Below the pieces are notes generated by a model. The model had not been told where the DNA came from. It saw only the letters and a list, made by a program, of their open reading frames with translations, and did no database searches. Made by a program: the position numbers and the translations under genes. A stretch of 64,000 nucleotides of DNA from Phoronis australis (Eukaryota > Animalia > Phoronida): positions 593,464 to 657,463 of the forward strand of contig NMRA01000074.1 of assembly GCA_002633005.1 (NCBI GenBank), given 5' to 3'. Numbering within the stretch: the first letter of the stretch is position 1; each line of letters begins with the position of its first letter. Positions 58,664 to 64,000 of this stretch are shown here, piece after piece.

Positions 58664-59625
58664 TTATGCATTGTCATCCACGACGGTTGGTGTCTGGTAA
58701 ATATAGCTGAAGCCTAATTGTTCTTGAATGTAGTTGTGCACTCCATTTTCTTTCACCCAGAAACCTATATTTATTCCCGTGGCTAAAATGTAATTGGCTT
58801 TAAGAACGTTGAGGTACCGGCATGGAAGTGTATCGATAGCAGTCCCTCGTTTTCGCACATGGGAGGTTTAAGAGCAAGGAGATGTCATGGTAGGCCCAGC
58901 TTTTTTCGAGGTGAAAAAGACCGAGTTTGTTTGGTGTCTTAGCGAAGAAACCAAAAATGTTTTTATTTTTTGTAGACGTCGCACATTTCGTGATTAATGA
59001 TGTCGTCAATTGCTCGTGCCGAAATAGGTATGCAGGCGCTGTCTGTATCCATGGCGCTGTATTGGAAGTCTGCTCAGTCCACGAATTACTGTACAAAATC
59101 GTAGCAGAATTACATGTTTACAATGCGCAGTTTCGTATACTTGTATTTGAATCGGTAAATCAAAAGTTTGGGATGTCCTTTATCTTTTCAATTTCAAAAA
59201 CGACGTCGTCGATATAAGGTCAATTTCAAAAACGACGTCGTCGATATAAGTTACCGTGACGGAACCGCGGATACTTTGGGCGCGGCTTGATGCCCTCTGC
59301 TAAAGAACATGGCCCGATGCCTTTCCGCGATTGTAACTGTTTCACCATAGGTTGGAAGAAATGGCAACAGGCGATACAGCTGTACAAATACATGTAGCCA
59401 TTCTGGAGAATAAACGGAAAACTTGTTGCGAACACAATTATTATATCGGCATTATAATGACTCATCAATTTCGAGTATAATTCATTTTCCAGATTTCCCT
59501 ATAGTTCTATGGTTTGGGCAATGATGGCTATGTTTTGGTCTCGATCACCTTTCCGCCTGGCGTCGCTCGCGGCGTCACCAAATTGTTGGACACGCGCTCG
59601 TTTGAGACTCGACAACTTCATAAAT
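58664..59625 (-). pseudogene. Decayed Polinton/Maverick (adintovirus-type) protein-primed family-B DNA polymerase fragment
   Basis: Minus-strand segments in order: IYEVVE..; FGDAASDARRKGDRDQNIAIIAQTIEL*GN; TYGETVT..ERHR; FEIEK..LPIQI; KYTKLRI; YDFVQ*FVD*ADFQYSAMDTDSA; KLGLFHLE; YLNVL..GINIGF..YIQ..GFSYIY. These cover PolB motif B (KxxxNxxYG) and motif C (DTDS), with stops and frameshifts. Confidence 0.82.
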
Positions 59626-60600
59626 ACTATTATTAACTTTCATTTTCCAAAACGCATTACTCTAAACATTGTGCCGTATTAGCTATTTATGTACACGTAC
59701 ATGTAGAAATTAAAAATGAGTCATTATGACTTAATTTGACAACTGGAAAGTGTGTAGGTGGAAAATATTTCTTTAAACATGACGTGAACTTACATAGGCG
59801 AAGGGAAGGGGGTCGTAACGGACTTCGCCTGTGTTAAAATTCATTTCAGTTTTCTATTTGACACCCCTGTTCATTTCAAGGTAGGCCAACCCCTGGCTAA
59901 TGCTACTCATCCTCTGACACCAACAGTTCCGTGTTTGCCCCCTTCCAAGCCAGTGGCCACGTACATGTAGTTCTGTTGGCGCTGGCTCTAAAAATATGGT
60001 TAACATTATGGTATGTATTGGACATTGTAGCGTAGGCGAGGATTAGTGCAACATCGAATCAATCTTTTTGCCCAACTTGTTCTTTCTGTTGGCATCCAAA
60101 TCGGCTATTATTGGATGGTGCTACACCTTTCCTGCATCCACCAGAAGTCACGCCTCTGATCTTTTGAACATGTGCAAAAGATTTTTTCCGAATTGTGTCT
60201 TCTATTTTCCGTCTGTAAATTTCGAGGTCAACTGTGCACAGAGGCCTTGCGTATAAATAATTAGAATCAAATCAAATCAAGCACATGTTGGAAGTTTTGG
60301 TTATCGTTGGGAAACACAAAACGTACTTGCACTTCTGTATTGAACTACGGCAAGATTCCTGACATATAAACAAAAGCTCATGATAATATCGATTATTTTT
60401 ATATTTAATAAGTTCAAAAATAAATAAATTAATAAATAATTAGACAAACAAAAAGTCAACAAACCAAGTGTGACCAAAACTATGACTTGGCGTATTACTG
60501 GACTTACTGACGGCACTACCTCTTGTAGTCATCAGCAAGAATAACCTCATTTACACGTATAGTAGCTCTTTCTGACGTTATTAATTACTTATTGCGATTT

Positions 60601-63113
60601 TTAGAAATCCTTAAATTCGTCCTCGGGCATAGACTCGAACCCTTCACCGGCACCAGCGCTAGGTGTCAGAAGCTGTGCCGTCTCAGCACCCTTGACAGGA
60701 GGCTCGGGCTGCGCCATTGTCTCCTGAAAAAGACCAAACTTTTGTCGCTCATAACCCAATAGAAAGTCGGATATGATTTTTCGATACCATCTATTGGTAT
60801 ACATAGACAGGAAGACAAGTGAAGATCTTTAGCTTCTACCAATTACGAAGACATAGTACGGAATTATCAGACAACTAAGAAAACATTTCGCAAACGGAAA
60901 TAAAACCACATATTCGTTCATTTTACTTGCGGATTTAGCGCGAGGGAGAAAGGCCAGCCACATTTTCGGAGGACAAGCGTTCGGTATGTCAATAAACGTT
61001 TTCCCACCAAAAACGTGTCGCGAGAAATGAGCATTTCCATCGGTGCGTATAACGAGGTACTGGACAAGCGTCGGCACACATTAGAGAAAAGTATTTGCAG
61101 AGGATTTGGGGTCAAGGATTAGAAAACATTCCGCCTGTCACTTCTATGATAACACACAAAAATTGTAAGGGTATAGAAAACATTTTGTGGGAAGTTTTTG
61201 CGGTTAATTGCCGGACATTACAAACCTAACAAATTCCCACCCCAACATTTTGCCACTGACTGCCAACCTCCCTGTCAAGCCCATTCTTAGAAATGCGAAA
61301 GCGTCGTTATTCCAATGACAGGTTGGTTGGGACTCATTTAAACTATCACAAAAATCTGTTAAAACTGCCTCTTGTGGGCCATTTCCCCCGTCATTTTAAA
61401 TTTACTGTTATCTAAAAAACTGCCCCAGCTTGTTTAAATGTAGATCAGAATCTGTTGCTACATTGGCGTCATTGTGACATGGTTGTGGTTGGATTTGTGC
61501 AGCCCGGTTTATTGGGACCTGCACATGTACATGTAAATCTGATTATGCATTTTACTCTATTCTTTTATGCAATAGTTTAAATAAAAGTTACGTCGGTGGA
61601 GTATCACGTACTTGTACAGTGTCCAGTACCTGGATGCATGAAGCAGTCCCAAATAGGGACTCAACTAAATTCCTTAAATTTACCGACTACAGTGTATGTG
61701 TGGGCTTGTGAAAACACTGCTTGTCCTTTCGTAGTGTGTATGACTCTCATTAGTAATTCAATTTTTGGCTCTCAATTGATTCAAATCAGAGTGAACGCTA
61801 CATTTGGAGAATTCTCAATATTAACGGAAATAAGCAGGGGTCACTTCATGCAATGTTCCTACATGTACATGTAATTTAAGGACTAATTCCCTAATTATGT
61901 TGATTAAATTAATGGCTCAATTTTAGTTACGTTACTTTAAAATGTCATTGGTCAAACAGGAGCTCACTGACAGAATGACAGAAAATATAACATCTGTGAG
62001 TAAATAACACACCAAATTCGCACAGGATTTATGGACATACTTGATTCCCTATTCGGGACTGTTTCATGCAACCAGCCACGATTATTCAGATAATCTTTTC
62101 CACTGAAGGCAAAGCTACACGAGGTGATTTTAGCTTTAAGTACGTTGTGTATTCAGAGGTACAAAGAGGCCAGTCCGGTTTGGTTGCGTGAAACTTTTCA
62201 TAATTTCGGACGCGGGTTGCTGCAGACGCAATTTTCGACAGGCTAAGAAAAGGAAACAAACCTTCAACTTCTCATAAAACGCTTCCTTCATCTCTGCCTT
62301 TTCTTGTCGCTTCCTGTGAAAAAGTGTTACTAAAATATGAACCTGGTAGCGCCGTGTTGCGGATGATGTACTGTAGAGTACTAATTAACTCATGTATACA
62401 ATCTGGTCTTACTTTATAATTATCGTCGCGCGCAGTTCACAACCAAGTTTCTCTTATATAGAAAAGCACAGTATTCAGACCTGTCAGAAGAACCACAGAA
62501 CGTAACACTCATGGGCCAATAGAGAAAGTCGCCGACGTCACGTGAAAAACACATGACTGGTTATCGTCTGCAATGTTGTGCTCCTATCCTCAATGATACC
62601 CACTCAATTGTGCTCACACTTGACCACTTTGTATTAGTGCGATTACTGATATCCCAAAGAATCTCCAAATAAACCTGATATATTTCAAATTAAAGTCGCA
62701 CACATGCTCTACAATTCGTTAAAGAGTAGTGTGGTGAAGCGGTGTGATATTTTCCTCCCAATTTGGGACAACCCAGTTTAAATCCTAGGTATGAAAAGAA
62801 AGACAACTGAGTATACCGTTGAATTAGGACTTTCGTGAAGTGGATGGGCAAAACGAGTGAACGCAAATCTGGATATATACACGTATATAACACTTCATAA
62901 AGCAACTTCAACGGTTGTTTCTTGACGTTAATTTTACAAAATATTAGCACTTTACGTACACGCAAAAAAGTATCGTGCCGACGGCAGACACTGAGAGAAT
63001 GGCACACATGCCCACAATGACGCCGATGATCAAACTCGTGTTGTCATCTTCCTCCATCGTGACAGGTGCGGTTTCTTCCTTGAAAATGGCGGTCTCTTCA
63101 TCTGCGGTTCGCA
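60601..63113 (-). CDS. Gene C (3' part): unidentified single-pass membrane protein
   Basis: Minus-strand exons: 63113-~62951 (TM: SLIIGVIVGMCAILSVSAVGTILFCVYV), 62313-62262 (KRQEKAEMKEAFYEKLK), 60723-60601 (ETMAQPEPP...MPEDEFKDF*). The TM exon donor is weak. A possible upstream exon at 63405-63319 is not phase-resolved. Confidence 0.65.
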
Positions 63114-63424
63114 CTGGAAGGGAAAAACACCCCTGCGACGTGAACACGCGAGGGGAACATAATATGGATACGACGCGTCTCGTTACAAATGTTGCAGATG
63201 GCGTCCATATCAAGCTAACAATCGGGTTTCTGACATAGGACTATGGACATGCTTCATGAGATGGATTCCTGCACGGTCACACGTATTTTGAAATTTGCGT
63301 TTACTGAGTTTCAAGTACCTCCCACATACTGACGTTTATACCGAACTGGGGATAGGATTTTAAAATAGCATTTCCTATTATGGGTATTTCACTTGGTTCA
63401 GCAGCCTGATACATGAAGCTGTTG

Positions 63425-64000
63425 AAAGTAGTGATGATGATGGTGATGGTGATGATGACGGTATTGATTATGATGGGGATGATAATAAGGATAAGGGCGA
63501 TATTGGTGGAGGTGAGTTTGATGATGGTGATGTTGGAAGCCAAGATGATTATGATGATGATGATGACGATGATGATGATTACGATGATGATGATGATGAT
63601 GATGATGAAGATGTTGGTGATGATGTTGGGGATGGTAATGATGGTGGCATTGATAATGATGGAGATGAAAGTAACGATGATGGCGATATTGGTGGAGGTG
63701 AGATTGATGATGGTGATGTTGGAAGCCGGTGATGATGATAAGGTTGATGATGATGATGATGATGATGATGATGACGGTGATGATGATGATGGTGTTCATT
63801 ATGATGGGGATGATGATAATGACGATGGCGATACTGGTGGAGGTGAGTTTGATGATGGTGATGTTGGAAGCGGGTGATGATGATGCGGGTGATGATGATG
63901 ATGATGATGGGGTTGATGATAACGATGATGGCGATATTGGTGGAGGTGAGTTTGATGATGGTGATGTTTGAAGCGACGATGTTGATGGTGATGGCAATGA
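63425..64000. repeat. (GAT)n microsatellite with a higher-order ~48-bp unit repeated 4 times
   Basis: ggcgatattggtggaggtgagtttgatgatggtgatgttggaagc near 63496, 63682, 63826 and 63930, separated by GAT runs. Confidence 0.9.

Noticed and set aside
58927-59217. Plus-strand CxC...CxH pattern suggesting a SWIM zinc finger
   Set aside because: It is the antisense reading of the pPolB DTDS region.
63398-63997. Long poly-Met, poly-His and poly-Ile/Ser ORFs on both strands
   Set aside because: Translations of a (GAT)n microsatellite; no splice or homology support.

Overview
Intron-rich, AT-rich metazoan genomic DNA, probably from a marine invertebrate (spliceosomal introns, strong TACATGTA enrichment; taxon is inference). 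About 57 kb is filled by two head-to-tail paralogous + strand genes that I reconstructed exon by exon with consistent splice phases. Gene A spans <373-24236 (5' end outside the window, about 1990 aa visible) and gene B spans 27604-57437 (about 2380 aa). Both encode type I membrane proteins: signal peptide/acidic spacer (seen in B), furin-type site, two copies of an unassigned 4-Cys domain, degenerate F-type lectin domain(s), 8-9 TSP1 repeats, an Ig plus Cys-rich module resembling vertebrate zona pellucida-binding protein (ZPBP/Sp38), an ephrin-receptor-like repeat, a TM helix and a long disordered tail. This is a candidate invertebrate gamete-recognition receptor family. The 3' end of a third single-pass membrane gene lies on the - strand. 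Introns and intergenic DNA hold two P-superfamily-like non-autonomous transposons (one with a THAP remnant), several MITEs, a decayed Polinton/adintovirus-type DNA polymerase, microsatellites, and a 729-bp duplication around an N that is probably an assembly artefact.
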